From the NCBI GenBank assembly GCA_018304425.1, contig JAGVWE010000003.1, positions 27,163 to 91,162 of the forward strand: a DNA stretch of 64,000 bases. Direction: 5' to 3'. Position 1 is the first letter of the stretch. Every line of letters begins with the position of its first letter. A program made the position numbers and the translations under genes. The stretch comes from Candidatus Iainarchaeum sp. Lineage in GTDB: Archaea > Iainarchaeota > Iainarchaeia > Iainarchaeales > UBA10219. Shown in pieces: positions 54,554-63,020 of the stretch. The notes below the pieces were generated by a model. That model saw nothing but the letters and a program-made list of their open reading frames with translations. It ran no database searches and was not told the DNA's origin.

Positions 54554-56382
54554 AACAAGTCATGAACACGAAAATCGTTTTAGCTGGACTGGTATTGCTG
54601 CTCGTGGCAGGCCTTGCCGCGTTCGCAAAAGCCGAACCCATGGTAATGGCAGGCCAGGCAAAAACCTTGACGGTGGAACTCACCAACACGAAGAGTGTGG
54701 CCGAGACCCTGGACTTGTCCATTGAAAACCAGAACACGGGCATCATCGCCGAAGTCGAGCAAAAAGCGCTGACGCTCAAGGCCGGCGAACGCCGGACCGT
54801 GAACGTGATAGTCAAGGCACTGCCGGACGCCAGGGAAGGAACCTATTCCATCCGCTTGGTCGGCAAAAAGATGGTAACAGTCCAGGCCCAGCCGCAACCC
54901 ATGCAGCCAGTAACGGCTCCCGGAGCGGTTCCAGCCATGAACCAGCCCATGATGCCCATTCCGCCTGTTTACGGCCAGGCACCCGCTTACAACCAGGCCC
55001 TCCCAGGGTTTTCACCCGGACAGCCTGGAAGGCCGGTGTTCTATCCAACCATTCCAGGCAGGCCCCCGCTCCTCGTCGACGAAGGCGAAATGGATGTGGA
55101 TGGCGCCCTAGCCATCGAAGCACATCTCTCCAATGCCGTGGACCCCGACAGCGTGAGGCTGGGCGTTAGGAACGAACTCTTTGACGCGAGCCGCAGGGAA
55201 CTCAACGTGAGAGGCATCCCCGGCGGCGCCATCGTGGAATTCGCAGATGATTTTTTCGAGAAAAAGGAAATCGTGCCCGTGTTCCTTGCCCTCGGCGACA
55301 GCCGCGGCAACGAGTACCGGTTTTCCTATGCCTTCAGCCCAGTGACCCTTGCCGTGGAAGACCCGCGGCTCTCGGTCCGGATCAACGAACTGGATGACGT
55401 GGACCCGACCTCGGTGCGGTTCGACCTCCGCGCCAACGACTTTGGCGGAACCTTCACCGCTGACGGGCCGGGCATTTCCCTGAACCCCGTGACCGGCGAG
55501 ATCGTGGCCGACCTGCGCGGCGCGCCGCTGCGGCTCGGCAGCCGGATTCCCTTCAGCGTGTACGCGAAGGACCTGGTGGGAAAGGAGTTCCGGGTCTCGG
55601 GAGACTTCGTGCTTGACTTTGACGACCGGCTTGCCGCCGCAGGCCAGGCAGTGAACAGCGGTGACACGCTCAAGGACTTCGTGGACTCGGTGGACCGGCA
55701 AAAGTACCGGGACTACATCCTCTACCGGAGGAACGTGACCGAACCCTACATCAACTCGAGGAACTACATTGACAGCGTGAACCGACAGATGGACATCGAC
55801 GCGGTAAGATACGGCGGGCCCATCTACCCGGCCAGCGAACCATTCCTGGTGCAGGACCGGGACCGCATCACGTACTTCCAGGACGCGGAAATGGATGGCA
55901 GCCCCTACGCGGACGCCATTCCATTCGGGCCCATGAACCCCTTCCTGGGGGACAGCTTCCCGGCACCCGAAGCAGGCCAGTTCGAGCCCAGGGAAACCGT
56001 GCGCGAAGAAGTGGTCTTCGAGAAAGCACTTTCCTTCCGAGTAGTGAACGAACGGGCTTCCACGGCCGCTCCATCCACGCGAGTAGCCGGGAAACCAGCC
56101 AAGCCCAACGCGGCCCAGGCTTTTGCCTCGCCCGTGCGGGTCACGGAAGCAGGGACCTCACCGGTAGCCGGCTTTGTTTCCTTCAGCTCCGTTGCCGCCA
56201 TCGGAACGATTGGCGCGGGCATCGTCGTGGTGCTCTTGCTGGCCTTCATCGTGGGCTCGCTGAGCCGGCCTACGGGCCAGCCAACGGTTCGACCGGCCAG
56301 AACCGGGAACCGTTTGCCCCGGAAAAGAACTGGAAACATTTCACCGGCCATGCACGTCATCCTCAACTACCGAAGCGGATGA
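54550..56382 (+). CDS. Cell-surface protein with a C-terminal TM anchor (610 aa)
   Basis: Signal peptide; C-terminus PVAGFVSFSS then a TM helix then a basic tail. Start overlaps the upstream stop. Confidence 0.55.
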   Translation: MKQVMNTKIVLAGLVLLLVAGLAAFAKAEPMVMAGQAKTLTVELTNTKSVAETLDLSIENQNTGIIAEVEQKALTLKAGERRTVNVIVKALPDAREGTYSIRLVGKKMVTVQAQPQPMQPVTAPGAVPAMNQPMMPIPPVYGQAPAYNQALPGFSPGQPGRPVFYPTIPGRPPLLVDEGEMDVDGALAIEAHLSNAVDPDSVRLGVRNELFDASRRELNVRGIPGGAIVEFADDFFEKKEIVPVFLALGDSRGNEYRFSYAFSPVTLAVEDPRLSVRINELDDVDPTSVRFDLRANDFGGTFTADGPGISLNPVTGEIVADLRGAPLRLGSRIPFSVYAKDLVGKEFRVSGDFVLDFDDRLAAAGQAVNSGDTLKDFVDSVDRQKYRDYILYRRNVTEPYINSRNYIDSVNRQMDIDAVRYGGPIYPASEPFLVQDRDRITYFQDAEMDGSPYADAIPFGPMNPFLGDSFPAPEAGQFEPRETVREEVVFEKALSFRVVNERASTAAPSTRVAGKPAKPNAAQAFASPVRVTEAGTSPVAGFVSFSSVAAIGTIGAGIVVVLLLAFIVGSLSRPTGQPTVRPARTGNRLPRKRTGNISPAMHVILNYRSG

Positions 56383-56434
56383 CGTCCCCTATTTTTCTTT
56401 CAACCGCCCAGCCCGCGCTTGACCACCGGCACGT

Positions 56435-58294
56435 TCAACGCTCCTTTCGAACCCAGGCCAGGGCAGTCAACAGCAGGGCATAGCCCCCTAACAAGCCCAG
56501 TAAAGGCGTGAGCGCGGCCAGGGAGAGGCCTTTCACCATCAAGGCCAGCAGGACCTCTTTTGCTGCAGTCAAGGGCAGGAACCTGCTTATCGTGGCAATC
56601 CCGGCCGGCATGAACTCGAAGGGGAAAATCGTTCCGCTCAGGAACAGCATGGGAATCATGGCCAGCAACGAGCCAAGGATGGCCGTGGACAGGGTTTGCG
56701 TGAACTGGGCAATGAACAAGCCCAGCGCCGAAAAGGCGAGCGCGATGACGACCAGCACGGCCAACAACTCCAGGGGCTGCGCGTGCAGGGGCACGTTGAA
56801 GGCGAACACGGCCAAGCCCAGCACGATGCCGGCCTCCACCAAGGCGAACGCGAGTTGGCCGAACAGTTTGCCCGCCAGCCAGGTTCCCCTCGAGACGCTG
56901 GACAAGGCCACGCGTTTGGAAATCCCGGCATTGCGTTCGAGCACGACCGACAACGCGGTCAAGAGGATGCAGGTCAAGAGCAGGACAATGGCCACCCCTA
57001 CGGGGGTCACCACCGCCAGTTGGCTGGCCTGGAACGCCTCTTTTTCCGTGACCTCGACTGGCGTCACCAGGTACGCGGGCTGGTAGGCCTTGAAGCCGTG
57101 CACGTTTTCCAGCATGCCGTCCATCAAAGCGCGCGTTTTCTTGACGTCCTCGTTGAGTTCGGCCTGGGATTCCTTGGCCTCGAAAACGGTTGGCTTGCCT
57201 TCGGCGACCGTTTGCTCGAGCGAGGAAACGCTGTCCTCGAAGCCGCCCAGCGATTTCCTGGCGTCCTCGAGCCCGACCTCAGTGGCGTCAACGCCGGAAA
57301 GGGCTCCTTCGACGCGCGCGGCCGTGGAATCGATGTCCACCAGGACGCTGCGCAAGTCCGTGGAAACCTTGTTCATGGAATTCACCTGCACGGCCAGGCT
57401 GTTCTGCATCTGCTGGAGCTGCGAGCGCAGGGGTTCCGCGGTGTAGGCCTGCATCTGGGCCAGGTTTTGCCGCATGCGGAGCAATTCGCTGGTCTGCGCG
57501 CCCGACGTGTTCTGGGCGTCGAAGACTTTTTTCTTGTAGCCGGTGAGCAGCGCGCGCGTGTCCTCCAGGCCGGAACGCGAGGACTCCAGGCGGGTCTTCG
57601 TGTCGCCATAGAACGAGTTGAAGGCGTCCAGGTCACCGGTTTCCTTTTCCAGGTCAATGGAATCGAATTGTTGGCTGAGCTTTTCCAGTTTTTCGCGGGT
57701 GCGCGCCAGGGTCTCGGAGAACGAGAGCAGCTTCTGGTTCTCGCTGTCCAAGTCGGCCTCGATTTTTCCCAGGTCGGACCAGATGTCGCCCAGGAGCTCG
57801 GTCGCCGTCTGGTAGGCCACGCCGCGCACGGCCGCACTGACCTGGGCGGCAACGGCTTTGCCGGCCACGACCGAGGAATTGTCGTACACGACTTCCACGG
57901 AAACCGGCTGGTTCTTGGCCGAGGGCCGCTGCACCAGGATGGCCACCGTTTTTTGCCCGGAGGCGACGGCTTGCCGTGCCGCTTCCGGCGTGGAAACGAA
58001 TTCGAGTTTCAACGCGTTCTGGTCCGAAATCTTTTCCAAAAAGCTTTCGCGGTCAAAGCCTTCCCCGGATTCAGGGAGGTAGAGGGCGGCCGAGACGCTT
58101 TCGATGGCCGGCTTTCCCAGGGCTTCCGCGTACGCCGTGCCCTGCCCAAAGGCGAGGGCCAGGGAGAGCATGACCAGCGCAGGGTAGACCAGCACCAGGG
58201 CCAGGGCAATCCGTTGCGCGCCGATGAGCTTGACTTCCTTGGAGGCGATGGCGCCCAGTTGGAGCAGGGGCTGGAAGGGGCTAGGGCTTGGCAC
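56435..58294 (-). CDS. ABC-2 type transporter permease with a large extracytoplasmic coiled-coil domain (YhgE/Pip-like)
   Basis: N-terminal TM helix, long coiled-coil region, C-terminal 5-6 TM ABC-2 core. Confidence 0.7.
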   Translation of the reverse strand: MPSPSPFQPLLQLGAIASKEVKLIGAQRIALALVLVYPALVMLSLALAFGQGTAYAEALGKPAIESVSAALYLPESGEGFDRESFLEKISDQNALKLEFVSTPEAARQAVASGQKTVAILVQRPSAKNQPVSVEVVYDNSSVVAGKAVAAQVSAAVRGVAYQTATELLGDIWSDLGKIEADLDSENQKLLSFSETLARTREKLEKLSQQFDSIDLEKETGDLDAFNSFYGDTKTRLESSRSGLEDTRALLTGYKKKVFDAQNTSGAQTSELLRMRQNLAQMQAYTAEPLRSQLQQMQNSLAVQVNSMNKVSTDLRSVLVDIDSTAARVEGALSGVDATEVGLEDARKSLGGFEDSVSSLEQTVAEGKPTVFEAKESQAELNEDVKKTRALMDGMLENVHGFKAYQPAYLVTPVEVTEKEAFQASQLAVVTPVGVAIVLLLTCILLTALSVVLERNAGISKRVALSSVSRGTWLAGKLFGQLAFALVEAGIVLGLAVFAFNVPLHAQPLELLAVLVVIALAFSALGLFIAQFTQTLSTAILGSLLAMIPMLFLSGTIFPFEFMPAGIATISRFLPLTAAKEVLLALMVKGLSLAALTPLLGLLGGYALLLTALAWVRKER

Positions 58295-59273
58295 TGGCCT
58301 TCACCCCCGCAGGGGGCAGGTGCCTTTCCCCCGTCAAGTGGATGAACACGTCTTCGAGTTCGGGTTCCTTCAACTGCTGGCTCAACACCTTGATGCCCTT
58401 GCCTTCCACCAGGGAAACGATTTTGCCAGCGGCCTCAACCTGATTCCTTTCAGGCAGGGAAACGAAGAGGAAGTGGTGCTTCCACTGGACGCCGGCCTTC
58501 GGGTAGAGTCGGTGGATGCCGGCCAGCAGCTCTTTTTCGCGTTCCAGGTCCGTGCCTTCCGCGGCGCGGAGGGCCAGGATTTTTTCCCCGCCAAAGCGCG
58601 CGATGAGTTCCTTGGGGCTGCCGTGGGCCAGGATTTCCCCGTGGAACAGGATGGCCAGCTCGTCGCACAGCTTCTGGGCTTCCTCCATGTAGTGGGTGGT
58701 CAAGACAATGGCTTTGCCCTGTTTTTTGAGTTCCACGATTTTCTTCCAGAAGGTGTGCCGCACGTTGGGGTCCAAGGCAACCGTGGGCTCGTCGAAGAAA
58801 ACGAGGTCGGGGTCGTGGACCAGCGAGCACGCGATGTTCAGCAGGCGGCGGTAACCGCCCGAGAGTCGCTCGGCGCGCGTTGCCGCAAAGGGCCTGAGTT
58901 CCAGCCACCCGAGGAGGGCGGACACGCGTTCATTCAATGCCGCGCCGCCCAGGCCGTTGAGGCAGCCGAAGAAGCGGAGGTTTTCTTCCACGGAAAAGGA
59001 GGGGTAAAAGCATTCCTCCTGGGGCACGACTCCGAGGAACGCGTGCAGGTCCTTGCCGTATTCCTTCAAATCGCGGCCGCGGATTTTCACGTGGCCGGCA
59101 TCGCTGGGGTAGAGGCCGGAGAGGATGCCGAGCAGGGTGGACTTGCCCGCGCCGTTCGGGCCCAGGAGGCCGAAGACCTGGCCGTTTTCCACGGCAAAGG
59201 AAACCCCTTTCAACAAGGCCCGGCCCTGGAAGGACTTGCCAATGCCCTGTGCCTCTAACGCCGATTTCATCAT
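58281..59273 (-). CDS. ABC transporter ATP-binding protein
   Basis: Walker A (GPNGAGKST), signature (LSGGYRR) and Walker B (LVFFDEPT). ATG at 59273 (MMKSALEAQGI); 14-nt overlap with the permease gene. Confidence 0.88.
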   Translation of the reverse strand: MMKSALEAQGIGKSFQGRALLKGVSFAVENGQVFGLLGPNGAGKSTLLGILSGLYPSDAGHVKIRGRDLKEYGKDLHAFLGVVPQEECFYPSFSVEENLRFFGCLNGLGGAALNERVSALLGWLELRPFAATRAERLSGGYRRLLNIACSLVHDPDLVFFDEPTVALDPNVRHTFWKKIVELKKQGKAIVLTTHYMEEAQKLCDELAILFHGEILAHGSPKELIARFGGEKILALRAAEGTDLEREKELLAGIHRLYPKAGVQWKHHFLFVSLPERNQVEAAGKIVSLVEGKGIKVLSQQLKEPELEDVFIHLTGERHLPPAGVKASAKP

Positions 59274-59305
59274 AGAATTGGGGCCTATGGGGTTAAAATG
59301 CGTTT

Positions 59306-59315
59306 CCAAGGCGTT
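59306..59315. repeat. 10-bp direct repeat CCAAGGCGTT (left copy) flanking the low-GC Fic segment
   Basis: Identical 10-mer at 60894..60903; the intervening ~1.6 kb is ~40% GC against ~60% for the flanks. Confidence 0.35.
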
Positions 59316-59441
59316 GGCTTTGCTCTTAAAGTCGCTTTCGCTCCTTAAGTCGGGGTCTGCTCAGGTAGCCCCCCTGTTCGAATTAAGGCCCAATCAAGGC
59401 CAATAGGAAATAATGCCTGTTTCAGCACAACTACTAATTAC

Positions 59442-59515
59442 TACTAATTTAGTTAAAATTAGTAATATCGATAGGTTTTTATTACTAACATTTACTAATT
59501 TAGTTAAGATTAGTA
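59442..59515. promoter_or_regulatory. Two copies of a 23-bp palindromic site (TACTAATTTAGTTAAAATTAGTA / TACTAATTTAGTTAAGATTAGTA) upstream of fic
   Basis: Two near-identical palindromes ~50 bp apart in an AT-rich leader, plus the adjacent direct repeat CTACTAATT x2. Confidence 0.45.
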
Positions 59516-59529
59516 ATTGAGTTGTTCGT

Positions 59530-60888
59530 ATGAAGACCCCTGAAAAACCGCCGAGCTGGCCTAGTGAATTACGTACTTTCGTGAAAACAAACGATTTGCC
59601 AAAAATGCTTCAGGACAGCGAATTGTCCGGCATAATCAAGGAGAGCCAGAGAAAATATCTGTATTGGGAGGAACTCAGGCACCGCTACCCTAACCCGTCT
59701 CATCCCCACAAGTCCATCTGGGCGATTATCAAGCTTTTCAGGGTACAGCAATACAAGTCCATTGTGATAGGGGGTCGAGTTTTCAATTACTTTCTCACAG
59801 AGTCAGCACAAGAAAAACTTCGTTACGCTGATTCGCATGCCGGACAAATAATTGGTTCGGAATCTCCCCGCGATAAGTTTCAGGGCGGGGAAAGGAAGCG
59901 CTACCTGATTAATTCCCTGATGGAGGAAGCCATTGCTTCAAGCCAATTGGAGGGGGCAATGACTACTCGCAAGGTCGCCAAAGAAATGCTTAGAACAAAA
60001 CGCGAGCCAAGAAGCAAAAACGAGTTAATGATTTACAACAACTACCAAACAATTAAATACATTAAAGACCTTTTTGAGACCTCAAACGCAGGGGACAGCA
60101 AACTAACGTCTTCCTTGATTTTATCATTGCATAAGCTCATAACTAAAGGCACGCTTAAGAACCCGCGAGCCGAAGGAAAGTTCAGGGGCACGGATGACAT
60201 AATAGTCCGAGATGATGCCAACGAAGTAGAATACGTTCCCCCACCACATAATCAAGTCCCCACCCTAGTCAACGACTTATGCGATTTTGTGAATGCTCCA
60301 GCCCTCCCGTTCATTCACCCGCTAATTAAGGCCATAATACTCCACTTTCTGGTTGGATATATTCATCCATTTGAGGACGGCAACGGCAGGGCTGCGAGAG
60401 CCTTATTTTACTGGTTTTGCTTAAAGTCCGGTTACTGGCCCTTTGAGTTCATGCCCATTTCAAGGATAATAAAGAAAGCACCGGCAAAGTACGCGAGAGC
60501 ATTTCTTTTCACGGAATACGATGACTTGGACATGAATTACTTCATTGAATTCAATTTAGACGCGATAAAGCAGGCAATCGTTGAACTTGGCGCTTACCTG
60601 AAGAAAAAACAAAAAGAAAAAAACGAGGCGCTACAGTTAATGACTAAATTGGCCAAGGACCTTAATCTACGCCAATCCCTTATATTGAAGGACTTAGTGG
60701 AAGAACCTGAAAAAGCTCTCTCAATAAAAGAAACAAGTGCGAAATACAATGTAACCTATCAAACAGCGAGAACGGATTTATTGGAACTCTCAAAAAAAGG
60801 CTATCTTGGCCTACACAAGAAACGAAAGCAGTTCGTGTTTTATAAATCAGACAAATTCGACGAAAAAATAAGAACGGACAAAAACTGA
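59530..60888 (+). CDS. fic: Fic-family protein (AMPylation/phosphocholination fold) with C-terminal winged-helix region
   Basis: Fic motif HPFEDGNGRAARAL; 452 aa; low-GC gene. Confidence 0.88.
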   Translation: MKTPEKPPSWPSELRTFVKTNDLPKMLQDSELSGIIKESQRKYLYWEELRHRYPNPSHPHKSIWAIIKLFRVQQYKSIVIGGRVFNYFLTESAQEKLRYADSHAGQIIGSESPRDKFQGGERKRYLINSLMEEAIASSQLEGAMTTRKVAKEMLRTKREPRSKNELMIYNNYQTIKYIKDLFETSNAGDSKLTSSLILSLHKLITKGTLKNPRAEGKFRGTDDIIVRDDANEVEYVPPPHNQVPTLVNDLCDFVNAPALPFIHPLIKAIILHFLVGYIHPFEDGNGRAARALFYWFCLKSGYWPFEFMPISRIIKKAPAKYARAFLFTEYDDLDMNYFIEFNLDAIKQAIVELGAYLKKKQKEKNEALQLMTKLAKDLNLRQSLILKDLVEEPEKALSIKETSAKYNVTYQTARTDLLELSKKGYLGLHKKRKQFVFYKSDKFDEKIRTDKN

Positions 60889-60893
60889 AACGC

Positions 60894-60903
60894 CCAAGGC
60901 GTT
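60894..60903. repeat. 10-bp direct repeat CCAAGGCGTT (right copy); also part of the hairpin AACGCC-caa-GGCGTT plus T5
   Basis: Matches 59306..59315; embedded in a terminator-like hairpin between the convergent fic and trmB-like genes. Confidence 0.35.
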
Positions 60904-61592
60904 CAAGGCTTTTTAAGGGGGTGCAGGTGGGCCGCGAGGAACGGGCTTTCCAGGAAGAGCGCGCGCTCCTTGCGGGGGTCTTCCAGGGGCGGGTGCAAGA
61001 ACAAGAGCACGCGTTTTTGGTCGAAAACCGCATATCTCCCGGTCGGGCTTGCCTTATAATGGACTTTAACGCCTTTCCTGGCCAACTTATCGTTTTTTGC
61101 AGACAAGACCCCTTGTTTTCGCTTGATTCCCTCCCGGTCCGAGCAAATTACCACGCTTTCCCTGCAATTATCCGTTTCCTCGGCGATACGGTTGTAGATG
61201 GTGTGCCGGCCGGTGAGGATGACTGCGTCCTCGGCAACGCCTTGGCGTTCCTCTTTGGCGCCCTCGAGGAGGCTGGACAAGGAGAACGCAATGGTCTTCA
61301 ATTCCTGCAAGTCCTTGTGGTGGCGCTCCGTTTTGTCCAGGGCCAGGTTCTTGTACACGGTTTCCAGGCGAAGGGCCTTGAACTCCACGGGCTTGCTGGG
61401 CCTCCGCACCACGAAGCCCTTGGCCTCCAGGGAGGAAAGCACGTCATAGATGCGCGCCCGGGGAATGCCCGCGTCCTTCGACAACACCGCCGGCGTAGCG
61501 GACCCGAACCGCGAGAGCGCGGAATAGGTCTTGGACTCGTACTCGTTCAAGCCCAACCGCTTCAAGGAATCCAGGAGCTCGTGTCTAGGCAT
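60903..61592 (-). CDS. TrmB-family transcriptional regulator
   Basis: N-terminal TrmB HTH (LGLNEYESKTYSALSRFGSATPAVLSKDAGIPRARIYDVLSSLEAKGFVVR). Confidence 0.72.
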   Translation of the reverse strand: MPRHELLDSLKRLGLNEYESKTYSALSRFGSATPAVLSKDAGIPRARIYDVLSSLEAKGFVVRRPSKPVEFKALRLETVYKNLALDKTERHHKDLQELKTIAFSLSSLLEGAKEERQGVAEDAVILTGRHTIYNRIAEETDNCRESVVICSDREGIKRKQGVLSAKNDKLARKGVKVHYKASPTGRYAVFDQKRVLLFLHPPLEDPRKERALFLESPFLAAHLHPLKKP

Positions 61593-61695
61593 TCACCATC
61601 GACTAGTAGTAAGTCGTTACTAGAATAAATAGGTTGCGCGCCCGGGCAAGCCGTGGTTGCCACGGTTTTTAAACCCCTGCCCAGTCATTACCGCT

Positions 61696-62313
61696 ATGTG
61701 GGGGCCCGTTCGCAACCTGTTTTACTTTTTCTTCGACCTGCTCTCCAACCCGGCCAAGTGGTCGGTGTACCAATTCCTCCACCACCCCCTGCCGCCCTAC
61801 CAGGTCAACGTGGGCTGCAACAAGAACCTGGTGAGCGGCTGGATCAACGTGGACCGGGGCGGCAACGCCCGCCGCGCGCTGCGCATCGACATCCTGGGCG
61901 GCCTGCCCTTTGAGAATAACTCGGTCCGGTTCATGGCCAGCAGCCACTTCCTCGAGCATTTGACGCGGGCGGAAGCCAGGCAATGGTTCCGGGAAATCCA
62001 GCGCGTCCTCCAACCAGGGGGCGTTGCCCGCTTCGCCTTCCCCGAACTCGGCTACTTCGTGCGGCAATACGCGGCAGGCCGGATGCAGGCCTTCCTCAAC
62101 GACCCCGACACCAATGGAGACAAGTTCAACCACTTGTTCTACGACTACGAGCACCGCTATATCTACGACGAGGAAACCCTTCGAAAGGACCTCACGACAG
62201 CCGGTTTCAGGGAAGTCCGCTCCGCGTCATGGAACCAAAGCCAGTGCAAGGAATTGCAGGGCCTCGAAGGGGACAACCCCTACAAGGTTCCCTGCTACGA
62301 GGCCGTCAAGTGA
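61696..62313 (+). CDS. Class I SAM-dependent methyltransferase
   Basis: Methyltransferase fold motifs (VNVGCNKNLVSGWINVDR; LPFENNSVRFMASSHFLEHL). ATG at 61696, ~25 nt downstream of TTTTTAAA. The track ORF starts at 61657. Confidence 0.65.
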   Translation: MWGPVRNLFYFFFDLLSNPAKWSVYQFLHHPLPPYQVNVGCNKNLVSGWINVDRGGNARRALRIDILGGLPFENNSVRFMASSHFLEHLTRAEARQWFREIQRVLQPGGVARFAFPELGYFVRQYAAGRMQAFLNDPDTNGDKFNHLFYDYEHRYIYDEETLRKDLTTAGFREVRSASWNQSQCKELQGLEGDNPYKVPCYEAVK

Positions 62314-62341
62314 ACCCCGGCCGTCAAATGAGCCCGTTGCT

Positions 62342-62965
62342 TCACATCGTGGCCAGGAAGGCGGCCAAGCCGTTCGTCACCAGTTGCACGGCGAGCGCGG
62401 CCAGGAGCAGGCCCATGACGCGGGCAAAGGCCTTCAACGCCAGGTGGGGCACGCGTTCCTGGAGGGCCGCTCCCCGGGAGAGGATGAGGTAAGCCAGGAC
62501 AAAGGCCAGCACCGTGGCGCCGAGGAATTCAAGGGCCAGTTGAGGGGAACCGGCTTGGTTGGCCAGGACAACCCCGGTTGTGATGGCGCCTGGCCCGACA
62601 ATCAGGGGCATGGCGAGGGGGAAGGCGGCGATGTCCTCCATTTGAAGGGCTTTTTCCCGCTCGTTTTCGCTGAACTCGGTCTGGGTCTTCAAGCCGAACA
62701 GCATCTCCAAGGCGATGACGAACAAGAGGATGCCTCCCGCGATTTCAAAGGAATACATCTTGATGTGCAGGTAGTCGAAGACCAGGTTGCCGAAGAACGA
62801 GGCCAGGACGAAGACCGTGAACGCGATGAGCACGGCCTTGCGCACGATGTCCGTGCATTCCCCGCCATTGCACTTGTTGAGGAGGGCCACGAAGATGGGC
62901 ACGTTCGCGAACGAGTCTAGGATGATGAAGATGGAGACGAAGGCCAGCAGGAGGAACTCGAACAT
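62342..62965 (-). CDS. MarC-family (UPF0056) integral membrane protein
   Basis: 207 aa with six predicted TM helices and a MarC-like pattern. Confidence 0.7.
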   Translation of the reverse strand: MFEFLLLAFVSIFIILDSFANVPIFVALLNKCNGGECTDIVRKAVLIAFTVFVLASFFGNLVFDYLHIKMYSFEIAGGILLFVIALEMLFGLKTQTEFSENEREKALQMEDIAAFPLAMPLIVGPGAITTGVVLANQAGSPQLALEFLGATVLAFVLAYLILSRGAALQERVPHLALKAFARVMGLLLAALAVQLVTNGLAAFLATM

Positions 62966-63020
62966 GCTTCAACTAACAGGGAGTATGGAATATTAATACG
63001 TATCGGAATCAGTTTAGTGG

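Larger units (their letters stand above)
59306..60903. mobile_element. Putative horizontally acquired Fic cassette bounded by 10-bp direct repeats
   Basis: Sharp GC drop, single cargo gene (Fic) and flanking direct repeats. No integrase gene is present. Confidence 0.3.

Noticed and set aside
59307-59309. Track start (TTG) of the ABC ATPase ORF at 59309
   Set aside because: Canonical ATG-ATG (MMKSALEAQGI) at 59273 with a TATA-like element ~22 nt upstream. The upstream extension overlaps the direct repeat and promoter region.
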